In this document: positions 47,960-58,068 of the stretch, in pieces | Position numbering within the stretch: position 1 is the stretch's first letter | Layout: each line of letters begins with the position of its first letter | NCBI GenBank assembly: GCA_963713975.1 | Contig: OY970218.1 | Coordinates: 1,600,001-1,664,000 of the forward strand | Direction: 5' to 3' | Source of the DNA: an uncultured Chloroflexia bacterium | GTDB taxonomy: Bacteria; Chloroflexota; Limnocylindria; Limnocylindrales; CSP1-4 | DNA: 64,000 nucleotides | The notes under the pieces: generated by a model | Database searches by the model: none | The model's input: only the letters and a program-made list of their open reading frames with translations | What the model was told of the DNA's origin: nothing | Program-made: the position numbers and the translations under genes

Positions 47960-49261
47960 TCAGGCTGCGGCGGGCCCCCGCCAGGTGCAGATGCCGCCGC
48001 CCCGCGCCTTTGCCTGGTACATGGCGGCGTCCGCATGCTGGCGGACATCGGGCTCGAAGTCCCGTTGGCCGGGCACAACCAGCGCCACGCCGATCGATAC
48101 CCCGACCACCTTCTCGCCATCGTCGGTGGCATACGGCGCCGTGACGACATCGTGGATGCGCTGCGCCAGGTGCTCCGCTGCGGCCGTGTCCCGGACACCG
48201 GTGAACAGGACCGTGAACTCGTCGCCTCCATGGCGGCCAACGGCGTCCGTCACCCGCACGGAGCGCCGGAGTCGCTCGCCGACCGCCTGAAGGACCTGAT
48301 CGCCGATGAGGTGGCTGCGGGGTCCGTCGTTGATGGCCTTGAAGCCGTCCAGGTCCAGGAACAGGTAGGCGGCCCCGTCGACGCCGCGTCGGGCCCGCTC
48401 CGCAGCCTGCGCGGCCCGGATCGCGAACGCACGGCGGTTGAGCAGCCCCGTGAGCTCATCGCGGCCCAGCTGGCCAGCATCCGCGGCGGCGTGCCATAGC
48501 GTGAGGACGACCACCGTCAGCAGGGCCGGCGCCCACCAGCCGGCGGACACCCAGACCACCACGAACAGCCAGCCGAGGAGCGTCTCGGCGACGGCGGTGC
48601 GGCGGAAGGCGCCATCGAGGAGAGCCATGGAGTCGCGGGGGCCGATGCCGTCACGCAGCACGACCACGCCCGCGGCGATCGCGGCAGATGTGACGGCAAG
48701 CACGGCCGTCCCGGCGATCCCTGCCAGAAGCCAGCTGACCGGCCCGACGGCCAGCCCCATCGTCCCCGCCAGTTCGAGCACGGCCTCCAGCACGAGGCCG
48801 CCGGCAAGGGCGGCCAGGACAAGGCCGGCGTGGTTCGCGAGAACCCCATACCAGGGTGCCTCCCGCAGCTCGCGCCGGTCGACCGTGCCGATGGCGGCCA
48901 CCCAGATGCCGGCCACCGGACCACCGAGCACCAGGGCGGCGGCGATGAACGGGAGATGGAACGAGAGGGTCGCGTGGCCGCCAGGATCCCGCAGGATGCG
49001 CGCGCCGCCTGCCAGCGCGAACAGGATCCACACGGTGACGCCCGCCGCACCGGCGATGGAGGCATCGAGGCCGGGGATCTCGACCGGCTGGCGGAGCACC
49101 GGTGCCTCCGATGCCAGCGCGAGCGCAACGGACGCGGCGAGCAACGCGAAGCCGGCGATGATCGTCACCGCCGTGTACGCGCCCAGGACGGCCGTGCGTC
49201 GCGGGACCGTCAGGTGAAGCCGGTCGGCGCTGGGCGCGCCCCGGGCGAGGGTCAGGCGCAT
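47960..49261 (-). CDS. Membrane-bound diguanylate cyclase (multi-TM sensor plus GGDEF)
   Basis: DELTGLLNRR, DLDGFKAIND, RHGGDEF, ADAAMYQAK; ATG 49261 after GGAGGG. Confidence 0.92.
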   Translation of the reverse strand: MRLTLARGAPSADRLHLTVPRRTAVLGAYTAVTIIAGFALLAASVALALASEAPVLRQPVEIPGLDASIAGAAGVTVWILFALAGGARILRDPGGHATLSFHLPFIAAALVLGGPVAGIWVAAIGTVDRRELREAPWYGVLANHAGLVLAALAGGLVLEAVLELAGTMGLAVGPVSWLLAGIAGTAVLAVTSAAIAAGVVVLRDGIGPRDSMALLDGAFRRTAVAETLLGWLFVVVWVSAGWWAPALLTVVVLTLWHAAADAGQLGRDELTGLLNRRAFAIRAAQAAERARRGVDGAAYLFLDLDGFKAINDGPRSHLIGDQVLQAVGERLRRSVRVTDAVGRHGGDEFTVLFTGVRDTAAAEHLAQRIHDVVTAPYATDDGEKVVGVSIGVALVVPGQRDFEPDVRQHADAAMYQAKARGGGICTWRGPAAA

Positions 49262-49374
49262 GTGACCCTCCGTCGGAGGGCCATCACCCGGGCCGGCACG
49301 AGCGTGGGCGCGCACATCCGCGCCGTCGCGCGCGACGCGTCGGCCGCCACGGGCTCTCCGGTCGAGATCGGCAT
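49252..49374 (-). CDS. Possible 40-aa leader ORF overlapping the GGDEF start
   Basis: AAGGA RBS, MPISTGEPVAADASRATARMCAPTLVPARVMALRRRVTCA*; reads through a hairpin that holds the GGDEF SD. Confidence 0.35.
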   Translation of the reverse strand: MPISTGEPVAADASRATARMCAPTLVPARVMALRRRVTCA

Positions 49375-49739
49375 GTCCTTGGTTCCTGCCATCGTGGTCC
49401 ACCGGCATGCAATGCCGTAGGTAAGGAATACCTGCCGCTCTGGCCCGAAACACCTACCCGGTGGTCCTGCGGGAACGGAGAATGTGCGCCGGCGCACCAG
49501 GGATCGTGTCCTCGAGCCGCCGATGGTCCTATCGGTCGGCAGGTGGGTACTACCGCCGGCCGGACAGGGGGTCATGCCGCACGACAGGAGCCGGCCAGTG
49601 AGGGCGTGGACGGGCCGGCGATCGCCCGTCCGTCACCGTTCTGGCCCCGCCCACGGCCCCACGATGCCTCGCGGGCACATGCGGCGGGCATGCCCGGCCG
49701 GTCTTTGCGGCGAATGGCCACATACCCCACCATGGCTGG

Positions 49740-51176
49740 GTGAACGAGCCCCCCTTCGACCCCAACGCCGCGTCCGCCACCGCGGACGGCTCCATCGAGT
49801 CGACTCTCGCGGAAGAGCCCGCCTTCGACGACTTCACCGAGCCAGCCCCGGTTGAGCCCGCCCCGGCCCCTCCGGGTGGCAGCGCTCGACGCTCGAACCG
49901 GGTCGCCGTCGGTGGGCTCATGGCCCTGATCGTGGCCCTCGCGTTCGGTGGAGGACTCGCAGTGGGTCGCGCGACGGCGCCCGCAGGCGATGGCACTGCC
50001 GCCGTCCCCGTGGCGACGGTGGACCCCTCCGCCCTGGTGCCCACGCCGATCGCATCGGCTCCGCCGGCACTCGAGTCCGAGGGCAATCGCCTGGGCAGCG
50101 CGAACGCCAAGGTGGTCATCGACTACTGGGCCGACTACCAGTGCCCGTTCTGTGCCAAGTTCGTGCAGGAGACCATTCCCCAGCTGGAGCCGCTGATCGC
50201 GGACGGCACCGTGGCCCTGGTCCACCACGACTACGCCTTCCTCGGCCCGGAATCCACGGCGGCGGCCATCGCGGTGCGCTGCGCCGGGCGTGAGGGCAAG
50301 TACTGGCCGATGCACGACGCCGTCAACGCCGCCCAGGGCGGCGAGAACCAGGGTGCGTTTGCCCGGGCGCGGCTGCTGGAGGTGGGTGCGTCGATCGGGC
50401 TCGACCCCGAGACGCTCAATGCCTGCATGGACGACCGGTCCGTGATGGTCGAGGTTCTCGACGATATGGCTGCCGGGTTCAGGACGGGCATCGAGTCGAC
50501 ACCGACCATCGACGTCAACGGCAACCGCTTCACGGGCGTGCCGGACATGTCCAGGCTGACGGCCGCCATCGATGCTGCGGTCGCAGGCGCCACACCGGCC
50601 CCGCTGCCGACGGCGAAGCCGGCGACCGATCCCTGGTCGGGAACCGCCACCAGCGGGCGCGAGGCCGGCGATGCGGCCGCACCAGTCACGGTGCAGTTGT
50701 GGATGGACTACCAGTCCACCGACTCCGCCGCGGTCGCCGAGGATCTCGGGCCCGAGCTGCGAACGCGTGTGGCGGAGGGAAAGGTTCGACTGGAGCTGCG
50801 CGATCTCGCCCAGCTGGGGGACCAGTCGGTCATCGCCGGGCAGGCCGTCCGCTGTACGGCCGCCCAGGGTGGTCCGGCCTGGTTCGTCAACGACATCCTC
50901 TCGGTGTCGGCGCAGGGCGCGGATGCTGGGATCTACACGGCCGACAACATCGTGCGCCTCGCCTCCCAGCTGGGCCTCGACGTCAAGGCCATGGATGCCT
51001 GCCTGGTCGACACCGCGCTGGCGCGGGCGGTGACGGACGAGACGGCGACAGGCCAGACCATCGGCCTGGAGGCCGGGCCCTCGATCGTCGTCCTCAAGGG
51101 CGGGAAGGAGGTCGCCCGCTTCAGCGGCGTGCTGGACGTGGCGAAGGTGCTCGCGGCCATCGACGGAGGCGGCTGA
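49740..51176 (+). CDS. Membrane-anchored DsbA/BdbD-like protein with two thioredoxin domains
   Basis: One TM, DYQCPFC, TPT cis-Pro loop; second domain has DYQSTDS. Confidence 0.9.
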   Translation: MNEPPFDPNAASATADGSIESTLAEEPAFDDFTEPAPVEPAPAPPGGSARRSNRVAVGGLMALIVALAFGGGLAVGRATAPAGDGTAAVPVATVDPSALVPTPIASAPPALESEGNRLGSANAKVVIDYWADYQCPFCAKFVQETIPQLEPLIADGTVALVHHDYAFLGPESTAAAIAVRCAGREGKYWPMHDAVNAAQGGENQGAFARARLLEVGASIGLDPETLNACMDDRSVMVEVLDDMAAGFRTGIESTPTIDVNGNRFTGVPDMSRLTAAIDAAVAGATPAPLPTAKPATDPWSGTATSGREAGDAAAPVTVQLWMDYQSTDSAAVAEDLGPELRTRVAEGKVRLELRDLAQLGDQSVIAGQAVRCTAAQGGPAWFVNDILSVSAQGADAGIYTADNIVRLASQLGLDVKAMDACLVDTALARAVTDETATGQTIGLEAGPSIVVLKGGKEVARFSGVLDVAKVLAAIDGGG

Positions 51177-51253
51177 GCCCCGGATCGAGCCAGCGAACGT
51201 GCCCTGGGCCGAACCGCGTTCCCCGTCCCGCGGATGCTCCGGGAGGTCGGTGA

Positions 51254-51955
51254 CTAGAGGTCGGCGACCGAGATGATCCCGCGGCGGATCGCGAACTTGA
51301 GCAGCTCCACGCGATCGTGGAAGCCCAGCTTCTCCATGACGTTCGCGCGGTAGTTGTGCACCGTCTGCTCCGACAGGTGGAACACCTTCGCGATCTCGCG
51401 GTTCGTGTGGCCGACCGCGGCGAGGAGCAGGACCTCCCTCTCGCGTTCCGTGAGGCTCGCGTAGACGTCCTCCACGGGCGCGTCCGGCGTGCGCAGCACG
51501 TACGTGTTGACCATGCGGGTCACGATCGCCGGAGACACATACGTCTGGCCACGACTGACGGCGCGGATCGCCGCGACCAGGTCTGACGGTTCGGCCTCAC
51601 GGCTGAGGAACCCGTCCGCACCGGCCTTGAGGGCGAGGCTGAACTGCTCCGTTCCGCCACGGCATTCGAGGGCCAGGATCCGCTTGTCGGGGGAGGCTGC
51701 CCGGATGTCCTCGATGGCCTGGAACGTGCCACAGCCCGGTGCGCCGAAAGGGAGGCATTCCGCGACGACCACGTCGGCCGGCGTGCTCGCAATGGCTGCC
51801 GGGATCTCGTCATTGCTCTCGACGATCCCGGCCACGCGCATGTCCAGCTCGGAGTCGATGACGGCTCGGTACCCGGCGACGAGCATGGGGAAGTCGAAGA
51901 TGGCGAGCAGCACCTCGAGCTTGCTCCCGGCCCCGGCCGGTCCGTTGTTCCTCAC
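51254..51955 (-). CDS. NarL/LuxR-family response regulator with atypical receiver
   Basis: ALKAGADGFLSR; HTH LTEREREVL...TNREIAKVFHLSEQTVHNYR. Confidence 0.92.
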   Translation of the reverse strand: MRNNGPAGAGSKLEVLLAIFDFPMLVAGYRAVIDSELDMRVAGIVESNDEIPAAIASTPADVVVAECLPFGAPGCGTFQAIEDIRAASPDKRILALECRGGTEQFSLALKAGADGFLSREAEPSDLVAAIRAVSRGQTYVSPAIVTRMVNTYVLRTPDAPVEDVYASLTEREREVLLLAAVGHTNREIAKVFHLSEQTVHNYRANVMEKLGFHDRVELLKFAIRRGIISVADL

Positions 51956-52183
51956 CAGTCCCTCGTGTCCGTTGCAGGCTTGCACCTCCCGCACGCTGGG
52001 AGGCCATGACACTGTGGCGCCTCGCCCCCCCACGGAGGAAGGGGCCATCAGTCGCGTTGCAGCACCCGCGGGACCCTCTGGAAGCCGGGACCGGTGGCCC
52101 GTGGACGTGGGCCGACCGGTCGGCCCGACCCCTCGCCGTGCGCCCGGCACCAGGTCCGCGGATCCACCCCTGGCCCGCCTGCG

Positions 52184-52696
52184 TCACGGGCGCTCGATCA
52201 TCCGGTCGACGGTCTCGTCCCATGTGGTCGGTTCCGCGAGGGGGGCCATGCGGGCAACCGCCATCTCGATCTGGTGCATGCAGCCTTGCCGCCATGTGCC
52301 GCCCTCGATGAACGCCCGGTGGCCGGCCTCCGTCCGGAGGTCCGCGCCGGTGAGCAGCCGGCACGACGACGAGCCGAACTCCGTCTCGAACGCCGCCAGC
52401 AGATCGGCCGTCAGCACCCTGGCAACGCGCTTGGCATCGCTATGACCCTCGACCCTCGATCCCGCGAGCCGGCCCACCGCGAGGGCGGCGCCGGTGACGG
52501 CGCCGCACATGGACCCGCTGTACGCCACGCCGCCGTTGAGCGCCATCGCGGCTGATGTGTCGTCGGGCTCCGGCAGTCCGAACGCTTCGGCGAGGACGAG
52601 GAACGTCGTCTCCGCGCAACCGTAGGTGTTGGCGTCGTCGAGGAACAGGTCGCGGGCTCGCTCCCGGGCGGTCGCCGCCGTCTCGCGGGTCGTCAT
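52184..52696 (-). CDS. C_GCAxxG_C_C family putative redox protein
   Basis: YGCAET, MCGAVTG, FGSSSCRLL, distal Cys. Confidence 0.9.
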   Translation of the reverse strand: MTTRETAATARERARDLFLDDANTYGCAETTFLVLAEAFGLPEPDDTSAAMALNGGVAYSGSMCGAVTGAALAVGRLAGSRVEGHSDAKRVARVLTADLLAAFETEFGSSSCRLLTGADLRTEAGHRAFIEGGTWRQGCMHQIEMAVARMAPLAEPTTWDETVDRMIERP

Positions 52697-53490
52697 CGCT
52701 TGTACAGGAACCGGTCCTGGACGTCCGACTCGCCGAGCGCGAGGCGCTGGAGGCGGTAGAGGTGCGAGCCCAGGGCGTAGGCGTCGTCCGCATCGAGGTC
52801 CTCGGAGCGGCGAAGGGCCTCGATCTCCGTGCGGACGCCAAGCGGCGGGTGGCGCGCGATGAGCCCCGCCAGGCGGTTCGCCTCGGCCATGAGGTCGACG
52901 GCGAGGACCACGCGGTTGACGAGGTGCACCCGGAGTGCCTCGTCCGCATCGATCGGCTCCCCGGTGAGGGCCATCTCCCAGGCGATGACCGGCGGCAGGT
53001 GGTGGGACAGGCGCATCGCTCCGCCCAGTCCGCCCATCCCGTAGGCGATCTCAGGGAGGCCGAAGCGGGCATCCGGCGCGGCGACGCGGATGTCGGTCAG
53101 GCGCAGCAGGTAGAACAGGGCGCGGCCCAGGCACCAGCCCCGCACGGCACCGATCATCGGCTTGGTCCGCTCCATGCGCAGGACGGCATCGGCCGGATCC
53201 CAGCCGGGGGGCTCGTCCTGGCCGGGCCGCCCCGGGCCAGAGCTCATCGCCCCCAGCAGGTCTGTGACCGTGTCGCCGGAACCCTCCACCTCGGCCTTGA
53301 TGTCGTCGCCGGCCGAGAAGGCCCGTTCCCCGGCGCCGGTCAGGATGCCCACGCGCAGGTCGGGGTCGGCCAGGAAGTCGGACATGGCCGCATGCAGCTC
53401 GCGGTGCATGGCTGGCGTGATCGGGTTCACCGAGCCGTTCGCGAGCGTGATGGTGACGACGTGCCCTTCCTTGGCGACCTCGATGCCCAT
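52693..53490 (-). CDS. Enoyl-CoA hydratase/isomerase family protein
   Basis: AFSAGDDI, KPMIGAVRGWCLG, ARFGLPE, ALTGEPIDADEA. Confidence 0.92.
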   Translation of the reverse strand: MGIEVAKEGHVVTITLANGSVNPITPAMHRELHAAMSDFLADPDLRVGILTGAGERAFSAGDDIKAEVEGSGDTVTDLLGAMSSGPGRPGQDEPPGWDPADAVLRMERTKPMIGAVRGWCLGRALFYLLRLTDIRVAAPDARFGLPEIAYGMGGLGGAMRLSHHLPPVIAWEMALTGEPIDADEALRVHLVNRVVLAVDLMAEANRLAGLIARHPPLGVRTEIEALRRSEDLDADDAYALGSHLYRLQRLALGESDVQDRFLYKR

Positions 53491-53521
53491 GCTGTCTCCC
53501 GCTCCGAGCCGGCGCTTGGGT

Positions 53522-55147
53522 TCAGGCCGCCGGCTGGATATCCATCATGCGCGCTGCAACCACGCTGCGCTGGACCTTGCGCGTATGCGTCCTGGGAAAG
53601 TCGGGTTCCGGGAACGGCGCCTGTGAGACGACCCGCTGGTGCTGGGCGAGGTTCTTGTTGGCCGCACGGACCGCCGTGGCAACCGCAGCAGCCTCATCGT
53701 CCACCGGATCCGCGAAGGTGACATCGGTCCGGTAGGCGAGCGCGATGCGTCCGTCTCCCGAGTCGTACACCACCGGCTCCACGATACCCTCGGCCATCAG
53801 CGCCGCCTCCACGTCTTCGGGATGCACGTTCATGCCGTTGGGGAGGGCAATGAGCGAGCGGGTCCTGCCGACGAGGCGCAGGGAGCCGGTGGCGTCGACC
53901 TCCCCGTAGTCGCCGGTCCGGTACCAGCCGTCGGCCGTGAACGCGGCGGCCGTCGAGACCGGGTCCTCCCAGTAGCCTGCGAAGACGGACGGTCCACGGA
54001 CGACGACCTCGCCGTCCGGCTCCACGCGGAGCTCGAGCGGCGGCTCGGTCCAGCCCACCCGGTCGGCCGGTGCGCGGTCACGGTAGTTGGTGGCAACCAG
54101 GCCAGCCTCGGTGGAGCCGTAGCCCTGGATCACGGCGATGCCGAGCGCCTCCCAGCTCCGCTGCAGGGCCGGCGACAGGTACGCGGCGGAGCACAGCACG
54201 AGCCTCAGCTCGCCGCCCAGCGCCGCGTGCACCTTCTTGAACAGGCGCCGCCTGAGCGGGATGGGCAGGTATGGAGCGACCTTGAGCGCTCGCCGGAAGG
54301 TCGCCCCGCTGCCGGCCCGGTCCGCCTCGCGCCGGATCGCCCCGAACAGGAGCTCCAGAACCTGCGGCACGACGACCAGGGCGGTCGCCCGGTGCCCCTG
54401 GATCGATGCGGCGATGACATCCGGCCGGAGAGTGGTGATGTACTCGGTCTCCGCCTCGGCAGCCACCGCGTAGATGAGGCCGGCCACCTGCTCCATGATG
54501 TGCGACAGCGGCAGGATCGAGACGAAGCGGTTGCCCCCGGCCGGGATCGTCGCCAGGCAGCGCTCCGTCGAGGCCAGCAGCATCGACTGGGTGACGGTCA
54601 CGCCCTTGGGGTTGCCGGTCGAGCCCGAGGTGCACAGGATCTCGATGGGCTGGGCGGGGTCCGCGGGCTGCCGCGCCGCCAGAGCGGCCACCGCCTCCGG
54701 TGGGGCCGGGCTCGCCACGTCGTCCAGGTCGATGACGGGAAGCGCCGCCAGCCGCGGCAGGGTGATCGGCTCCAGCGTCGAGCCCGTGCCCAGCAGGATC
54801 GCGGAGGGCTTGGTCAGCGCGGCGATGCGGTCGATGGTCTCCGCCGTCATCCGCACGTCCAGTGGGACGAGGACCACGTCCGCCCGGCCCGCGGCGAACA
54901 GCGCGGCCGCGAACCCGGGTCCCGGCGCCCCCTGCACAAGGACGCGCTCGCGCGGCGCGACTGCGGCGGCAAGACGTGCGGCTGCGTTCGACACGGCCCG
55001 CCCGAACTCGGCCATCGTCAGCGAGACCTCGCGCGTGCTGGAGGATCGGACGCCCAGGAAGGGTGCATCGCCAGCTCTCGCTACGGCGCGTTCGAGCAAG
55101 CCGGTCAGGGTGTCGGGCCGGGGGGTTGCCACGGGCGGAGTGGTCAC
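53522..55147 (-). CDS. Long-chain acyl-CoA synthetase (AMP-binding)
   Basis: TSGSTGNPKG, QGYGSTE, WYRTGD, PRTHTRKVQR. Confidence 0.93.
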   Translation of the reverse strand: MTTPPVATPRPDTLTGLLERAVARAGDAPFLGVRSSSTREVSLTMAEFGRAVSNAAARLAAAVAPRERVLVQGAPGPGFAAALFAAGRADVVLVPLDVRMTAETIDRIAALTKPSAILLGTGSTLEPITLPRLAALPVIDLDDVASPAPPEAVAALAARQPADPAQPIEILCTSGSTGNPKGVTVTQSMLLASTERCLATIPAGGNRFVSILPLSHIMEQVAGLIYAVAAEAETEYITTLRPDVIAASIQGHRATALVVVPQVLELLFGAIRREADRAGSGATFRRALKVAPYLPIPLRRRLFKKVHAALGGELRLVLCSAAYLSPALQRSWEALGIAVIQGYGSTEAGLVATNYRDRAPADRVGWTEPPLELRVEPDGEVVVRGPSVFAGYWEDPVSTAAAFTADGWYRTGDYGEVDATGSLRLVGRTRSLIALPNGMNVHPEDVEAALMAEGIVEPVVYDSGDGRIALAYRTDVTFADPVDDEAAAVATAVRAANKNLAQHQRVVSQAPFPEPDFPRTHTRKVQRSVVAARMMDIQPAA

Positions 55148-55772
55148 GGGGGCCTCTCAGGCGGATTGGCCGCCGCCCTGGGGGAGCGGGTACGACCGGG
55201 CGCAGGAGCTCCGCGCCGGAGCGGAGAGGATAGCCCGATAGCGGCAGGCACGTACACGACGTGTTCCGAGTAGCCGGCGGTTTGCCGGGCACCGCGCCGC
55301 GAGGCGGGGGGCCTGGATCGCCGGTCCCGGGCCGGAGCGTGGCGCCGGGTCCTCGTGCCGGGCCCCTCGTGCTGTGCCGGACACCCGGCGATCACGGGCA
55401 GTGCTGGACGCCAGCTGAACGCGCCGCACACGGGCCCTTGGGCACGCCGGCATAACCGGTGGTGATCATCGGGGCCCTTGGACGGCCGTGCAGGGGTTGG
55501 ATCGGCCGATCAGGGCGGTGATAGCACCAGGAGTGATCACAGGGCAGCGGCACCGGCAGCGGACAGCGGGCGGGCAGCGGGACCGGGAGCGGCACCGGGC
55601 GCGGCCGAGGCCCGCGCGTCGGACGCGCACGGATGCGCCGTGCCCGAGGTGGTCCACGACCCGGGGAGGAGCACCCGGGCTCGCGTCATGGCGGCATCGC
55701 GCGTACCATCACACGCCCGGGCCGATGCACGGTACAGAGCGGAATTCCACGGTAGAGCGAGATCGAGGCCAG

Positions 55773-56030
55773 ATGACCAAGCATTCGAGGGCTGAGCGCG
55801 AGCGCCGCGCCGCCGAGTCCGTGCGCATGAGCGAGATCCAGCGCGCCTGGGAGGCCAGCATCCCGGCCCCGGTCGCCGCCGAGTTCGCAGCCGCAGTCGC
55901 CGCTGCGCGTGCCCGTGGCCCGCTTCCGCCGCAACCGGACATGGCTCCCGGAACGGCACCCCGACCGCCCCGCCCGGGTCGTGAGCCGAAGCCCAGCAAG
56001 GAAGAGACCGGGCCCCGGCGCCGCTACTAG
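55773..56030 (+). CDS. Small hypothetical protein (85 aa)
   Basis: GAGG RBS, MTKHSRAERERR...PDMAPGTAPRPPRPGREPK. Confidence 0.65.
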   Translation: MTKHSRAERERRAAESVRMSEIQRAWEASIPAPVAAEFAAAVAAARARGPLPPQPDMAPGTAPRPPRPGREPKPSKEETGPRRRY

Positions 56031-56172
56031 GCGTCCGTCGCGTCTGCCGACCACGACGGCACGCCCTCGCGGGTGACGGACGGCCCGGCCTGAGGGTGGC
56101 GGAATCGCCCTAGGCACGCATCGGCCTGCGCCCCGACCATGACCTCGGCAGGCAACGTCGAGGGGTGGTCCG

Positions 56173-57501
56173 ATGGCCCATGCGACATCACGCGGCGCGT
56201 ACGGTGCGCTCACCGACCGTCTGAACCGGATGCCCCAGGGGGCACCGCCCTCCGACCTCCTGTACCGGATCCTGGCCCTCCTGTTCACGGAACGCGAGGC
56301 CGGCCTGGTTGCACGGCTGCCCGTCCGTCCGGTCACCGTTCGCCGGGCGGCACGGATCTGGGGCGTCCGCGAGGCCGAGGCGCGCAGGGTGCTCGAGGAC
56401 CTGGCGTCGCGCGCGATCCTGCTCGACGTCGAAGGTCCGCGCGGGACCCTCTACATGCTCCCCCCGCCGATGGCCGGCTTCTTCGAGTTCTCGATGATGC
56501 GGGTGCGGGACGACATCGACCAGCACCTGCTGGCGGAGCTGTTCCAGCAGTACATCACCGTCGAGGATGACTTCATCCTTGCCCTCTTCACCCGCGGGCA
56601 GACGCAGCTGGGCCGCGTGTTCGTCAACGAACGGGCCCTTGCGGACGCCGGGCCGCGAGACGGCAGCGCCACTCCAGGTGGCGGCCCGGCCCGCGACGGC
56701 GTCATGCAGGTCCTGGACTACGAGCGGGCGAGCGAGGTCATCGGGACCGCGGAGCACATGGGCGTCGGCGTCTGCTACTGCCGGCACAAGGCGGAGCACG
56801 TGGGCAAGGCGTGCAAGGCACCCATGAACATCTGCATGACCTTCGGCGGTACGGCCGACGCCCTGATCCGGCACGGCTACGCCCGTCGCGTGGACAGGGC
56901 CGAGGGCATGGACCTTCTGGCCGAGGCCTACGACAACCGTCTCGTCCAGTTCGGCGAGAACGTCCAGCGCGACGTCGCCTTCATCTGCAACTGCTGCGGA
57001 TGCTGCTGCGAGGCGATGATCGCGCAACGCCGGTTCGGGCGTCTCGACCCCGTCCACACCACGAACTACCTGCCGCGCGTCGACGCGGCCACCTGCAACG
57101 GCTGCGGCAAGTGCGTGGACGCCTGCCCCGTGGTGGCCATGACCCTCGTCTCCGCGAACGACCCCCACAAGCCACGCAAGCGCCGGGCGGAGCTGGACGC
57201 CGACATCTGCCTCGGCTGTGGTATGTGCGCCCGTGTCTGCCTCAGCGGCGGCCTGTGGCTGGAGGCACGGCCGGAGCGCGTGGTCACGCCCGTCGACTCG
57301 CTCCACCGGACGATCCTGATGGCCATCGAGCGCGGGAAGCTCCAGGACTGCATCTTCGACAACCAGGCGCTGGCAAGCCACCGGGCGATGGCGGCGATCC
57401 TGGGCGTGATCCTGAAGTTGCCGCCGACCAAGCAGGTGCTCGCCACACGGCAGTTCCGTTCGCGCTACCTCGCCACGCTGCTGGACCGCGTCAAGGTCTG
57501 A
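56173..57501 (+). CDS. 4Fe-4S dicluster domain-containing protein
   Basis: CYCR, ICNCCGCCC, CNGCGKCVDACP, CLGCGMCARVC. Confidence 0.92.
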   Translation: MAHATSRGAYGALTDRLNRMPQGAPPSDLLYRILALLFTEREAGLVARLPVRPVTVRRAARIWGVREAEARRVLEDLASRAILLDVEGPRGTLYMLPPPMAGFFEFSMMRVRDDIDQHLLAELFQQYITVEDDFILALFTRGQTQLGRVFVNERALADAGPRDGSATPGGGPARDGVMQVLDYERASEVIGTAEHMGVGVCYCRHKAEHVGKACKAPMNICMTFGGTADALIRHGYARRVDRAEGMDLLAEAYDNRLVQFGENVQRDVAFICNCCGCCCEAMIAQRRFGRLDPVHTTNYLPRVDAATCNGCGKCVDACPVVAMTLVSANDPHKPRKRRAELDADICLGCGMCARVCLSGGLWLEARPERVVTPVDSLHRTILMAIERGKLQDCIFDNQALASHRAMAAILGVILKLPPTKQVLATRQFRSRYLATLLDRVKV

Positions 57502-57533
57502 CCACCCGAGGCAGGGCCCGGGAGGTATCGACC

Positions 57534-58011
57534 TTGACCGAGCGCCCCATCAGCGTCCTGTTCGCGTGCACCCACAACTCGGCCGCAGCCAGCATGCCGA
57601 GCCTGCTGCTGGCCCGCGAGGGTGGCCCCGATTTCGAGGTCCGCACCGCCGGAACGGTGGCGAAGAGGGTCAACCCGTACGCGATTCGGGCTCGCGCCGA
57701 GGTCGGCATCGACTGGTCTGCCGCCCGCAGCGAGTCGATCGCGGAGTTCCTGGACCCGCGCTTCGACGACGTGATCACCGTCTTCGAGCACGCTCGCGAG
57801 ACGTGCCCGGTGTTCCCCGGGCTCAACGAACGCCCCCCACTGGGGCCCCGACGACCCCAATGACGTGGACGGCACCGACGAGGGGCGGCTGGCCGCGTTC
57901 CGGCAGACCCGCCTCGAGATCACGTCCAGGCTCGGCCCGTTTGTCGAGGAGGCCATAGCGGTCGTCCTCGCAGCCGAGGAGATCGGGGCCGAGGCGGAAG
58001 CCGAGATCTGA
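57534..58011 (+). pseudogene. arsC: Arsenate reductase (LMW-PTP type ArsC) pseudogene
   Basis: VLFACTHNSA with the RSQMAE motif scrambled, CPVFPG retained, frameshift near 57835 before HWG.DDP...AFRQTR. Confidence 0.85.
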
Positions 58012-58068
58012 GTCTGGCCTGGCAGGCCGTCTCCTGATCGTCGGACCCAGCGCCCGGGCGGGTGCTGG

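Noticed and set aside
55150-55770. Long intergenic region with GGCAGCGG-like low-complexity repeats and GTGAT..CAC motifs as a riboswitch or sRNA
   Set aside because: No recognisable riboswitch consensus by eye; an Rfam/Infernal search would be needed
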